From an uncultured Lachnospiraceae bacterium (GTDB taxonomy: Bacteria > Bacillota > Clostridia > Lachnospirales > Lachnospiraceae), in assembly GCA_947624025.1 (NCBI GenBank), contig CANQIJ010000001.1, forward strand, positions 1 to 58,370: a stretch of DNA of 58,370 bases, in the 5' to 3' direction. Below the pieces are notes generated by a model. The model was not told where the DNA came from and ran no database searches. It saw only the letters and a list, made by a program, of their open reading frames with translations. The translations under genes were made by a program, and so were the position numbers. Positions 28,003 through 36,444 of this stretch are shown here, piece by piece (within the stretch, counting starts at the first letter, position 1; every line of letters starts with the position of its first letter).

Positions 28003-28691
28003 TCTTCCTTATCCTCCTCTGCCGTCTTTTTTCTTCCCGCGTTCGTTCCGGTCAGTGCATTGCGGACTGCTTTCAGCGTATTTCTGTATTCTGTCGAAAG
28101 GCCTTTAAGCGACTGCGAACCATTGTAACAAAGGTTTACGTAGGCGTTATAGCAGCCTTCATCCAGGTAGATCAGGTATTCATTTTCCACATCCGTCAGC
28201 TGCAGCTGTTTTTTCAGATATTGTTCCGATATCTTACTCGAAGGCTTATCCATGTACACCAGATAAAGATCTTCCTTTGGCGTACAGGTATTCAGATAAC
28301 TCATGTCGATCTCATGAAGGATCTCCCGGATCGTGGAAGGCCGGTAATCTGTTAAAATAACCATCTTGTCAGACAGATCCAGAAGGTCGTAATCCACATT
28401 TAACCCATGATAGATGATAACGATGTCAAACTTTTCAAAAGCGCCCATCTGATCCGGAAGTACGGTTTTATTCCGCATATAGACGGTCCTTCCGCGTTCC
28501 ACATAGTCGCTTGTTTCATCTGCATTATTCAGCGCAAGGAACAGGTCGTGGCTGAAGGAATTGTCAATCACCAGGATCCGGTATTTTTTCTCTTCCAGGC
28601 TTTTTGTCAGAAAATAAGGGAATCCGCCGTTTTCAAGCCCGATGACGGATACCATTTTGGTTGTTTTCATTGCTGATGCCATTTCCCTCAC
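27999..28691 (-). CDS. Degenerate P-loop-fold protein of the Tad cluster
   Basis: RILVIDNS and FDIVII segments typical of MinD-like folds. Confidence 0.45.
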   Translation of the reverse strand: MREMASAMKTTKMVSVIGLENGGFPYFLTKSLEEKKYRILVIDNSFSHDLFLALNNADETSDYVERGRTVYMRNKTVLPDQMGAFEKFDIVIIYHGLNVDYDLLDLSDKMVILTDYRPSTIREILHEIDMSYLNTCTPKEDLYLVYMDKPSSKISEQYLKKQLQLTDVENEYLIYLDEGCYNAYVNLCYNGSQSLKGLSTEYRNTLKAVRNALTGTNAGRKKTAEEDKEE

Positions 28692-29779
28692 CTGCTTTCC
28701 GTCTGTTCTTCTGTTGTGGACAGGCCAAAGGCAGCCGATCCGCCGGTCTTATCCTGGTCTTCCAGGACTGTATCCGTGTCCTCATATGTTTCCGGGCTCA
28801 TATCCCCATACAGGTCCTCATCCTCATCCTCTTCCTGCGTGATCGTATCCGTACCTGTCTGATCTGCCTCTTCGCCATCCTCCAGGGATTTTTCATAATC
28901 GTAAGCATTGATCCCCGTCAGGACGGATGTTTTTGCCGTATCCTCCAGGTTATGGCCTTCAGCCACAGCTGCAAGACGCTCATCGGATAATACCGTAAGA
29001 CTGGCTTCCAGGTTCTGCCTTGCGATCGTGTTCAGTGTCGTCTGGGCTTTGGTAAGCAGGTTTTTATCATAGAAGGATGAGGAAGGATCCATCTGGTCTG
29101 CCACGGAAGCATTGACCAGGTATGTCGGAATCGCCTCTTCCTGCAGGTTGCCCTCCACATATCTTGTGGCATAGATCTTCGTTCCGGTGATGGTATAAGC
29201 ATCAATGGTAGCGGATGCCATACGCAGGATCTCCTCTTCATTTAAGTAGGTCCAGAAGACGCAGTTAGGAAGGTTCAGGTTTTTGATCTGTTTTTTGGGA
29301 AGCACCAGAAAATCGCTGCCGTCCGGGAACATGATCCGGATATCCACGACATCATTTTCCTCCTGGTCCGTCATCAGATTCACCACCTGCATCTCGTATT
29401 CACGGGTATCCGTTTCGATCGAAACCGGGGAAACCATGTTGTCCATCACCGTCATGCCCTCATAGATATCCACGATGGCTGTGCTGCCCAGGTCATCTTC
29501 TGAAATATAGTTGTATTCCTCCAGCCCGGTGTATACGGTCTGCTTGACTACGTTGACCCCTTCCTCGACGATCTCGCCGTGGCCGATGCCGCTGCCGTCT
29601 GCAGTGGATACCACATAAACGGTTTTTTTATTGGCTTCCATCTCTCCCAGGGCTTCCTGATTGATGGCAACTTCCTCATTCAAGGTCATCCGGGTCATGA
29701 TGAAAGCTGCCAGGGCACAGCAGAACATCACGGCAAAGATGATGGCGATGACTGTTAAGGTTTTTACTTTTCTCTTCAT
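28688..29779 (-). CDS. SAF-domain CpaB/RcpC-like protein
   Basis: N-terminal TM, SAF-like region and 'D.RE.E......D.VDIRI.FPDG.DF.VL.KK' motif. Confidence 0.7.
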   Translation of the reverse strand: MKRKVKTLTVIAIIFAVMFCCALAAFIMTRMTLNEEVAINQEALGEMEANKKTVYVVSTADGSGIGHGEIVEEGVNVVKQTVYTGLEEYNYISEDDLGSTAIVDIYEGMTVMDNMVSPVSIETDTREYEMQVVNLMTDQEENDVVDIRIMFPDGSDFLVLPKKQIKNLNLPNCVFWTYLNEEEILRMASATIDAYTITGTKIYATRYVEGNLQEEAIPTYLVNASVADQMDPSSSFYDKNLLTKAQTTLNTIARQNLEASLTVLSDERLAAVAEGHNLEDTAKTSVLTGINAYDYEKSLEDGEEADQTGTDTITQEEDEDEDLYGDMSPETYEDTDTVLEDQDKTGGSAAFGLSTTEEQTESR

Positions 29780-29808
29780 AACTTTCTCTCAGCGAATGCT
29801 GCTCCTTT

Positions 29809-31152
29809 CTAGGGTTCCATATGTGTAAAGGCACCGTTGATCCGGAAGGTAGCCGGATCCTTTGCCACGATTGCGACAACGCATTTCTGTCCGTTATAAG
29901 GAACCCCGCCCAGTTCCATCACGGGCGCCCTGCAGATACAGGTTGCCTGCTCGCAGTTGACACCGGTATCCTTTAAGCCAAGGTTGACGATGTAGGCACC
30001 GGTCTTTAGATGGTAGGCAATATAGCCGGAATACTTCTGGCCGATCTTATACCGGTCGAAGTACATCTTATTCGGATTTTCCTTGGCATCCTTGGCAGAG
30101 GCTTTGATCTTCACATAGGGATACTGCCTGCCGAAAACCTCTGTTTTCGCCGTATCCACGCTTGTCACACGTACCAGGATCGGATTTCCTGCGCGGAACT
30201 CCTTTTCATAAAGAAGGTCATCCAGATAACGCCAGGTCAGCTCGCTGCGTTTGATAAAGACATCCGCTCCCTGCACATCCACAACAAGGCCGGTCCTTGT
30301 AACAAGGACGATCCTTCCTTTCACCAGACTGCCGGGTTTGATGCGGGCGCGTTTGCCGAGGTAGTTATCATAGGAGATGATCTGCATCGCGCCGAGTCTG
30401 GAGGCCAGCACATCCTCATCTTCCAGGCTTATGTTGTATACCACGAACTCAACAATGGACCCGATCCGCATGGACATGGTATACCGAAGGTCGTCATAAG
30501 CCTCGGGTGCCGAGTATCTGCCGTTTTCATCGATAAAGAACAGCGGCGCAGGGATCCGGATCTTATAGATAGACGACTTGATCTCCCGGTCCGTGTTAAT
30601 GTCTGAAGCACTCGCCGCGATCAGGTGGCAGATCGCCATAACAGTCCTTACGGTTCCTACCTGCATTTCCTCGATACCGTCTACCACACCGTAGACTGCT
30701 TTTGGCTTGGTACTGTTCGCAGAGTCAGAGAGGATGTCGTATTCGATCTTCTTGGCTCTTGCATAGGTGTTTAACTCGTCATTGTCATCACCAATGATCT
30801 CTTCTGCTTCATCAAATGCTTCCCTTACTGCACGGCGCATACCACGGCGGGAGCCGGGTACATTGATCGTTCTGCGGATAAACGCATCTGAAAGTTCCAT
30901 GGTAACTTCAAAATCAGCCGTTTTTTCCGGAGTGATCTCGCTTTGTTCGATCGGCATGACGGTCTTATCTGAAATCTCCTCTTCTGTTACCTCCTCGGCA
31001 GCGCCTGCGGCATCCATTTCTTCCTCAAGGACAGAAGCCGTATCCTGCTGGTCTTCCGTAACCTGTTCCAGAGTATCTTCCGCTGCAGCCACTTCTGCTT
31101 TTTTTGTTCTTGGCATTCCTAAATCCTCCTTATTCGTTGATTTTCTTATCAT
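29809..31152 (-). CDS. S1/OB-fold domain protein
   Basis: 'G..VKGRIV.V...GLVVDV.GADVFI..SELTW' S1 motif with an acidic N-terminus; alternative start at 31116. Confidence 0.75.
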   Translation of the reverse strand: MIRKSTNKEDLGMPRTKKAEVAAAEDTLEQVTEDQQDTASVLEEEMDAAGAAEEVTEEEISDKTVMPIEQSEITPEKTADFEVTMELSDAFIRRTINVPGSRRGMRRAVREAFDEAEEIIGDDNDELNTYARAKKIEYDILSDSANSTKPKAVYGVVDGIEEMQVGTVRTVMAICHLIAASASDINTDREIKSSIYKIRIPAPLFFIDENGRYSAPEAYDDLRYTMSMRIGSIVEFVVYNISLEDEDVLASRLGAMQIISYDNYLGKRARIKPGSLVKGRIVLVTRTGLVVDVQGADVFIKRSELTWRYLDDLLYEKEFRAGNPILVRVTSVDTAKTEVFGRQYPYVKIKASAKDAKENPNKMYFDRYKIGQKYSGYIAYHLKTGAYIVNLGLKDTGVNCEQATCICRAPVMELGGVPYNGQKCVVAIVAKDPATFRINGAFTHMEP

Positions 31153-32903
31153 TGTTTATAAAATTGATGGGAATTGACCGTTGCATAAAATGCGTGGTTT
31201 CCCCAATTTCCTTCATCTCCACCGGCATTCCGGAAATACAGGATGTCGGGATCATCAAAGAGTTTCAGGTTGCCGGAAAGGACATCCTTCACGGCTATCA
31301 CCATTTCTTCCGGCGGCGTTCTTGTCTCGATCAGGTCAGAGTCGGCAAACTGGCCTTCCTGGTAGATGACCTCCCGGATCGTATCCGGGAACTGATCACT
31401 TCTTACCCGGTTTAAGAGCACTTCTGCCACCGCTGTCCAGCCGTTGAATCCTTCCCCGCAGGCCTCGTTATAGACCAGCTGTGATGCCAGGTAGATCTCG
31501 CTGTCCGTAAAACGGCAGTCTGGCTGGTAGGTAACGGCAGGTTCCGGAAGTAGTTCCCCGTTTTTTTCCTCCGGCCTTGCCGTTTCCGGTACTGGCTGGT
31601 TCTTGATGGTGGCGGCATCCTCCGGGACCTGCCAGGTTAAGCTTCTCTTTTCGTTCTCCGTACCATCTGCCGCCGGCAGCCGTTTGAAGATCCGGAACAT
31701 CGTGGTCTTTTCCGCAACCACGGTCCGTTTTGCGCTGGAGCAGTGGATCCACATGCTGTTACCCAGATAGATCCCCACATGATTGATCCCCTGCCCGTTA
31801 TGAAGCAGTCCCAGGTCCCCCGGGCTCAGGCTGTTCTCCGGGATCGATGTGGTATAGTTCAGGATCGAGGTCGTCGAAAACATATTCTTCCATACACTTT
31901 CCTCAAATCCCGCCGTCCGGAGCGCCCACTGGACAAATCCGGAACAGTCAAGGCCTTTCTGCCTTCCTGTGGAATCGATGGTCCACCAGGAAGTATCGTA
32001 GCCGGGCTTGGATGCTTTCCCGCCCCACTCGTAGGGAACGAGTCCGATTAGGGAAGCAGCCTGATCAATCAGCTGTTTTCTGTAAAGGTCCAGGTCCTTA
32101 TCATCCAGCACCTGTCGGATCAGTTCTTCTGTTTCTTCCTCCAGCAGATCCTCATGCCTGGTGGCTAAAAAAACGGATTCCCGCAGGCCGTTTGGGTTAA
32201 TCAGATGATCGAGTTTTTCCTTTTTCTCCTGTGCAGATTCCAGGTACTTTCCGGAGTCCAGACTGAAATAGGAAAGGATGTCTTCCGGTGTTAAGCCTTT
32301 TAGTGTTACCGACCCGTAGATTGTTTTTTTTCTGCCGGGATTGATCTGCTTTGTTCCGCAGGGTTTAAAAAACCCGTCTTCTGTTTTTTGAAAATCCGTG
32401 ATGGTCTGGGGAGAATCGATCAGGATCATTCCGCTTTTTCTGAATTTTCCGCTGCCTTCTTTTGTTTCCTCAAAGGTATCAACAGCAACAGACTCATATT
32501 CCCAGATGGTGGATGGGTTTACGGTTACTTTGATAAAAGGAAGACCAAAGAAAAGAGTATCCAGGTTACGTTTTCCTTTGACATCCACAGCTACAAGGTA
32601 GGAAGAGATCATTGCCAGGTAATCCGCATCCAGATAGGGATTTTCGCACTGTTGGAAGCTTTCCATTGTCAGATGGTAGTCCAGGTGGTCTTCCGTAATC
32701 TTAGCTTTTACCTGGTTTTCCGCATCTTCCAGGGATCCTGCAATGGCTGATTCCAGTAAAGAGGTTGCTTCCAGGATGCTTTTCTTGATCACCAGGGAAT
32801 CGGCAGCCGCTGTTAAGGGCTGCACAGGAATAGAACATAACAGGGTCATTGCAAGAAGAGGTAAGATTATTCTTTTTTTCAAAAAATGGTCTTTTAGCGT
32901 CAT
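31149..32903 (-). CDS. Cell wall hydrolase: NlpC/P60 plus SleB-like (Hydrolase_2) domains
   Basis: PYEWGG, GLDCSGFV and HVGIYLG...IH; EACGE...AVAEVLLNRV...FPDTI.EVIYQ.GQF; N-terminal signal peptide. Confidence 0.9.
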   Translation of the reverse strand: MTLKDHFLKKRIILPLLAMTLLCSIPVQPLTAAADSLVIKKSILEATSLLESAIAGSLEDAENQVKAKITEDHLDYHLTMESFQQCENPYLDADYLAMISSYLVAVDVKGKRNLDTLFFGLPFIKVTVNPSTIWEYESVAVDTFEETKEGSGKFRKSGMILIDSPQTITDFQKTEDGFFKPCGTKQINPGRKKTIYGSVTLKGLTPEDILSYFSLDSGKYLESAQEKKEKLDHLINPNGLRESVFLATRHEDLLEEETEELIRQVLDDKDLDLYRKQLIDQAASLIGLVPYEWGGKASKPGYDTSWWTIDSTGRQKGLDCSGFVQWALRTAGFEESVWKNMFSTTSILNYTTSIPENSLSPGDLGLLHNGQGINHVGIYLGNSMWIHCSSAKRTVVAEKTTMFRIFKRLPAADGTENEKRSLTWQVPEDAATIKNQPVPETARPEEKNGELLPEPAVTYQPDCRFTDSEIYLASQLVYNEACGEGFNGWTAVAEVLLNRVRSDQFPDTIREVIYQEGQFADSDLIETRTPPEEMVIAVKDVLSGNLKLFDDPDILYFRNAGGDEGNWGNHAFYATVNSHQFYKQ

Positions 32904-33112
32904 GTTTGTATAGTATACCATGTTTAGAGGGGCGTCAAACCGCCCAAAGATACAAAGAAGAATGTTTTTGTACGATTGAAATCATAATTATGGGAAAGTC
33001 AGATTTACATCTGGAAAAGACAGGAAGAGTAAGGAAAGAGAAGCAGATATTTGTATAAAAAAGAATAAAATAAAAATTTTATATTTTCTCCGTAAGGAGA
33101 AGAAAGAAAAAG

Positions 33113-33136
33113 AACGGGCCGCTTTGCGGCCCGTTC
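33113..33136. terminator. Hairpin downstream of the fibre-like genes
   Basis: GAACGGGCCGC/GCGGCCCGTTC-like stem followed by a U-rich tract on the minus strand. Confidence 0.65.
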
Positions 33137-33162
33137 GGCGGAAATATTACAAACCTCATATT

Positions 33163-34596
33163 TTATTGTTTCGGAATACTGATTGTCAGATGATTTCCTC
33201 CTTCGCTCCACGTATAGGTTGGCATTTTTGCTATGATTTTGTTGTTTACATCCTCGCCCATCTTTGTGATCTCATTGGATAGATCTTTTTTGGTATTGGT
33301 AAGCTCATTGGATAGATTATTTTTGGTATTGGTAAGGTCTGCCTGCAGACTGGTGATATTGTTGTTTGTCTGTTCAATATCAGAGTTTAGGGAAGACTTG
33401 GCAGATTCGATGGCTTTCTCCAAGGCATCCTTGTCAGCAGAATCTGCCGCAACCAACTCATCATAAGCTCGTTTCAGATCGTCCGAAATGTCACTTCCCA
33501 GACTTTCTAAGGCATCTTCCAGGTTGGCTATATCTTGCTTGGACTTGCTTTCCAGTGCTTTTTCTGCCGCTTCCCTGGCCTTGTTCATTAATTCCGCTTT
33601 TTCAGCATTATCCGCAATCTGGCTTTCCAAATCCTGTTTTGCGTCTGCCAACTTTTGTGACTGCTTTTTGTCATTGTCGTTTACTTTCTGGGTCATGGTT
33701 GTGGCAAAATCATTGTAAGCATTCGTCAGGGTCGTGTTCAAACTGGAAATCTTCTCATTCAGGTTATATCCGGCCTGGGCAGACAAAACATCATTATCGC
33801 CGGTCGGTTTCACGGAGAGATTGGTCACGATATTGATCGCCGGCTGCGCCGTGGATACGAAGGCGGTAAAACTGTTCTGCAGGTTCGTGATCTGGTCTCT
33901 CAGCTTTTCAACCTCTTCCGTACTGGAGCTGTCCTTTTCCACCACTTTGATCTTGGTTTCCAGTTCCTTGACTGTCTCTTGGTATTTTGTAACGGTATTG
34001 GTTACTTTGTCCAGTTTCTCCGTGATGGCCTTTTCGATCTGGACCAGATATTTTTCCTGATTTGCAAACCGCTTTTCCAGTTCATCATAGAGATTCTTTT
34101 CCACGATGACGGTAACGGCATCCGCAATAGCCTCGATCTGGGAATCCGTCAGTTTGGCTTCCTCATAATAGGTAGAAAACTTTTCTACGAGTTTGTTATA
34201 GATGGCGGTTTCCAAATTGCTGATGGCTTTTTCTGAGATCAGGCTGCTTTGGTTTGTGATTTCAGAAAGTTTTTCCGGCGTCAGGTTTTTCAGGATTTCC
34301 GAAATCAGGATCTCCTGCTGTTCCGGGGTAAGGTCGATGGCGATCGCTCCCGAATCCTGAATGGTATCGACGGTTTTAGACAGTTCCTTGATCTCCCCTT
34401 TTTGGTTCGTCAGATATTGGCCGAAATACTCCTTCAGTTCCACAGAAATGTTTTTCTGCAGTGTCTCGGTTGCGTCTGCGTTCAAGATCTCTTTTTCCCT
34501 GTTATGCAGGGCCACTGCGGTTACGAGCACCAGCAGGATGATGAGAACTGCGGCACTAACAATTCTGATGGTCCATTGTGATACATGTTTTGTCAT
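33163..34596 (-). CDS. Membrane-anchored coiled-coil protein with phage-tail-repeat-like motif
   Basis: N-terminal TM, long heptad repeats and an 'IVTNLS...VLSAQAGYNLNEKI' motif. Confidence 0.75.
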   Translation of the reverse strand: MTKHVSQWTIRIVSAAVLIILLVLVTAVALHNREKEILNADATETLQKNISVELKEYFGQYLTNQKGEIKELSKTVDTIQDSGAIAIDLTPEQQEILISEILKNLTPEKLSEITNQSSLISEKAISNLETAIYNKLVEKFSTYYEEAKLTDSQIEAIADAVTVIVEKNLYDELEKRFANQEKYLVQIEKAITEKLDKVTNTVTKYQETVKELETKIKVVEKDSSSTEEVEKLRDQITNLQNSFTAFVSTAQPAINIVTNLSVKPTGDNDVLSAQAGYNLNEKISSLNTTLTNAYNDFATTMTQKVNDNDKKQSQKLADAKQDLESQIADNAEKAELMNKAREAAEKALESKSKQDIANLEDALESLGSDISDDLKRAYDELVAADSADKDALEKAIESAKSSLNSDIEQTNNNITSLQADLTNTKNNLSNELTNTKKDLSNEITKMGEDVNNKIIAKMPTYTWSEGGNHLTISIPKQ

Positions 34597-34637
34597 AAGA
34601 TCCTCCTTTCCAGTACGGTCTTCTGTTTCCTGTCTTT

Positions 34638-34964
34638 TTACGGGTTTTCCCCGATCTTCAGATGCAGGGTCCCTGTTCCGGTCGAATCGCCGTATTCATC
34701 AAGAACCGGTTCAAATCTTCCGAATACGGTTACTTCTGTCTTTTTGTCCAGCGCCTTGATGTCGTCGGCATCCAGCACCACATCGTTTTCCCCGGAGTAA
34801 TCCCCATCCTCTTCATAGTCATAAACGAACTGGCCGTTGGACCGTACGGAATGAGCGAAAGCTTCCTCCGTCGTCATAGAGGATGCGGCTGCATAGACCC
34901 CGGTGCCAAACACGGTTAGACCCGCTGTTACGACAGTTGCCGCGAGTATCCTTTTCTTTTTCAT
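34638..34964 (-). CDS. Small secreted protein
   Basis: Signal peptide MKKKRILAA...VYA. Confidence 0.7.
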   Translation of the reverse strand: MKKKRILAATVVTAGLTVFGTGVYAAASSMTTEEAFAHSVRSNGQFVYDYEEDGDYSGENDVVLDADDIKALDKKTEVTVFGRFEPVLDEYGDSTGTGTLHLKIGENP

Positions 34965-34983
34965 ATCTCTTTCACCCCTTTCC

Positions 34984-35871
34984 TTAGTTAAAGATATGGA
35001 TCGTTGGCTTCCCATCGTCGTTGGTATAGGTGATGACTTTATCCTTGTACTCCGTCCAGGTATAATCTTTGGGATCCGAACTGCGGACCGTACCCTGGTA
35101 TGTACCGATATACTTTGAGGTTTCTTTGGGCGTCATGCTCATATTTTTGCCGTCCACGGTATCCGCATAGACGATGAACGTGCTTAAGCCGTCTTTTCCC
35201 GCTTCTCCCGTGTCACCTTTTTCCCCGGTGGCTCCGACGCTTCCTGTTTTTCCGGAAGCTCCCGTCTGTCCTGCAGGCCCCTGAGGCCCCCGGGCCCCCG
35301 TTTCACCGCGATCCCCTTTTTCTCCGTCAACCCCGTCCCTTCCAGAGGCTCCTTCCACGATCTGAGTACTGGTGGTTGTCATCTGGCTGAGCACGGATTC
35401 CTTGATCCGCTCTTCCATCTTGGCTAATTCCTTGGCGGTTCCGTTTGCAGTATTGTTAGTGTCGGCTTCGGAGGTGATCACGACCTCGCGGTCAGAGTCC
35501 CTGTCATCCGCTCCCCCTGTGATCCTGTCGTAGAGATTCCCGATCGTTACCATGATCCCGCTTTCCTTTGAGGTCTTTTTTTCCTCTTCCTCATCATAAA
35601 GCAGGTCATAGGCATTATCGCTTCCGCCGTCTGCCATCTGGATGTCATAAACGGATCCGTCCAGAGCTCCGGCCTGCTCCATCTGCTGATTGTAGGCCTG
35701 GAGGGAGATCTTTTTTTGGGCGGATACCCTTGCCACGGCAGCGCTGGAATAGATCACGCCGATCACGAGTAATACGGCGGCAAGAAGGAGCGCCGGTTTA
35801 TACCAGGCATATCGTTTTACTTTTTTGATCTTCTGTTTTAAATGTTCCCTGTTTACGCGTATTTTTTTCAT
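34984..35871 (-). CDS. Collagen-like surface protein
   Basis: About 18 Gly-X-Y triplets, a 'YAD..DG.N.S......YIGTY......DP.DYTW' phage-tail-type repeat and an N-terminal TM. Confidence 0.85.
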   Translation of the reverse strand: MKKIRVNREHLKQKIKKVKRYAWYKPALLLAAVLLVIGVIYSSAAVARVSAQKKISLQAYNQQMEQAGALDGSVYDIQMADGGSDNAYDLLYDEEEEKKTSKESGIMVTIGNLYDRITGGADDRDSDREVVITSEADTNNTANGTAKELAKMEERIKESVLSQMTTTSTQIVEGASGRDGVDGEKGDRGETGARGPQGPAGQTGASGKTGSVGATGEKGDTGEAGKDGLSTFIVYADTVDGKNMSMTPKETSKYIGTYQGTVRSSDPKDYTWTEYKDKVITYTNDDGKPTIHIFN

Positions 35872-36338
35872 GACGGCATGTCCTTTCTGAGATAACTCTC
35901 TCCCGGTTTTGGTCTGACTTTTCCGCAGAACTGGCAGTATTTTGCGTCAAAGGCAAATGGCGTTCCACAACAACAGTAATCATGGTTGACTTCCATTTTG
36001 GGGGCCGGCTCTGTTTTGTGTGGTTTGTATGTGATCCCCTGAACCGTATGATACCTGGTCGCTTCATTCTCAAGACCGCAGTATCTGCAAAAGCAGACAG
36101 AATCCTTCATCATTCTGCCGCAGGAAGGACAGGGATGAAACGAACAGCCGCAGATCTGGCAGGTACGCGCGTTTTTCTCTGCGATGGTTCCGCAGACAGG
36201 ACACCTGGTATAAGGAAGCATCCTTGCCGGCTCCTGCTCCGGTTTGGGAGATTTCTGGTTCCTGGTTGCTGCCAGGACTGCTGTTGCGCATAAAGCTGCC
36301 GTTCCTGTTGCGACGGCAATCACATTTTCCTTTTTCAT
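35868..36338 (-). CDS. Zinc-ribbon (double zinc ribbon) protein
   Basis: Multiple CxxCG motifs; N-terminal hydrophobic segment. Confidence 0.8.
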   Translation of the reverse strand: MKKENVIAVATGTAALCATAVLAATRNQKSPKPEQEPARMLPYTRCPVCGTIAEKNARTCQICGCSFHPCPSCGRMMKDSVCFCRYCGLENEATRYHTVQGITYKPHKTEPAPKMEVNHDYCCCGTPFAFDAKYCQFCGKVRPKPGESYLRKDMPS

Positions 36339-36444
36339 AAAGATTTTCCGCTCCTTTTATGATTGTATATTATACGATTTACTATCACTATACCATAATT
36401 CAAAATAAAAACAATGACTTTTTTGCAGAGAGCCGGATCATTTT

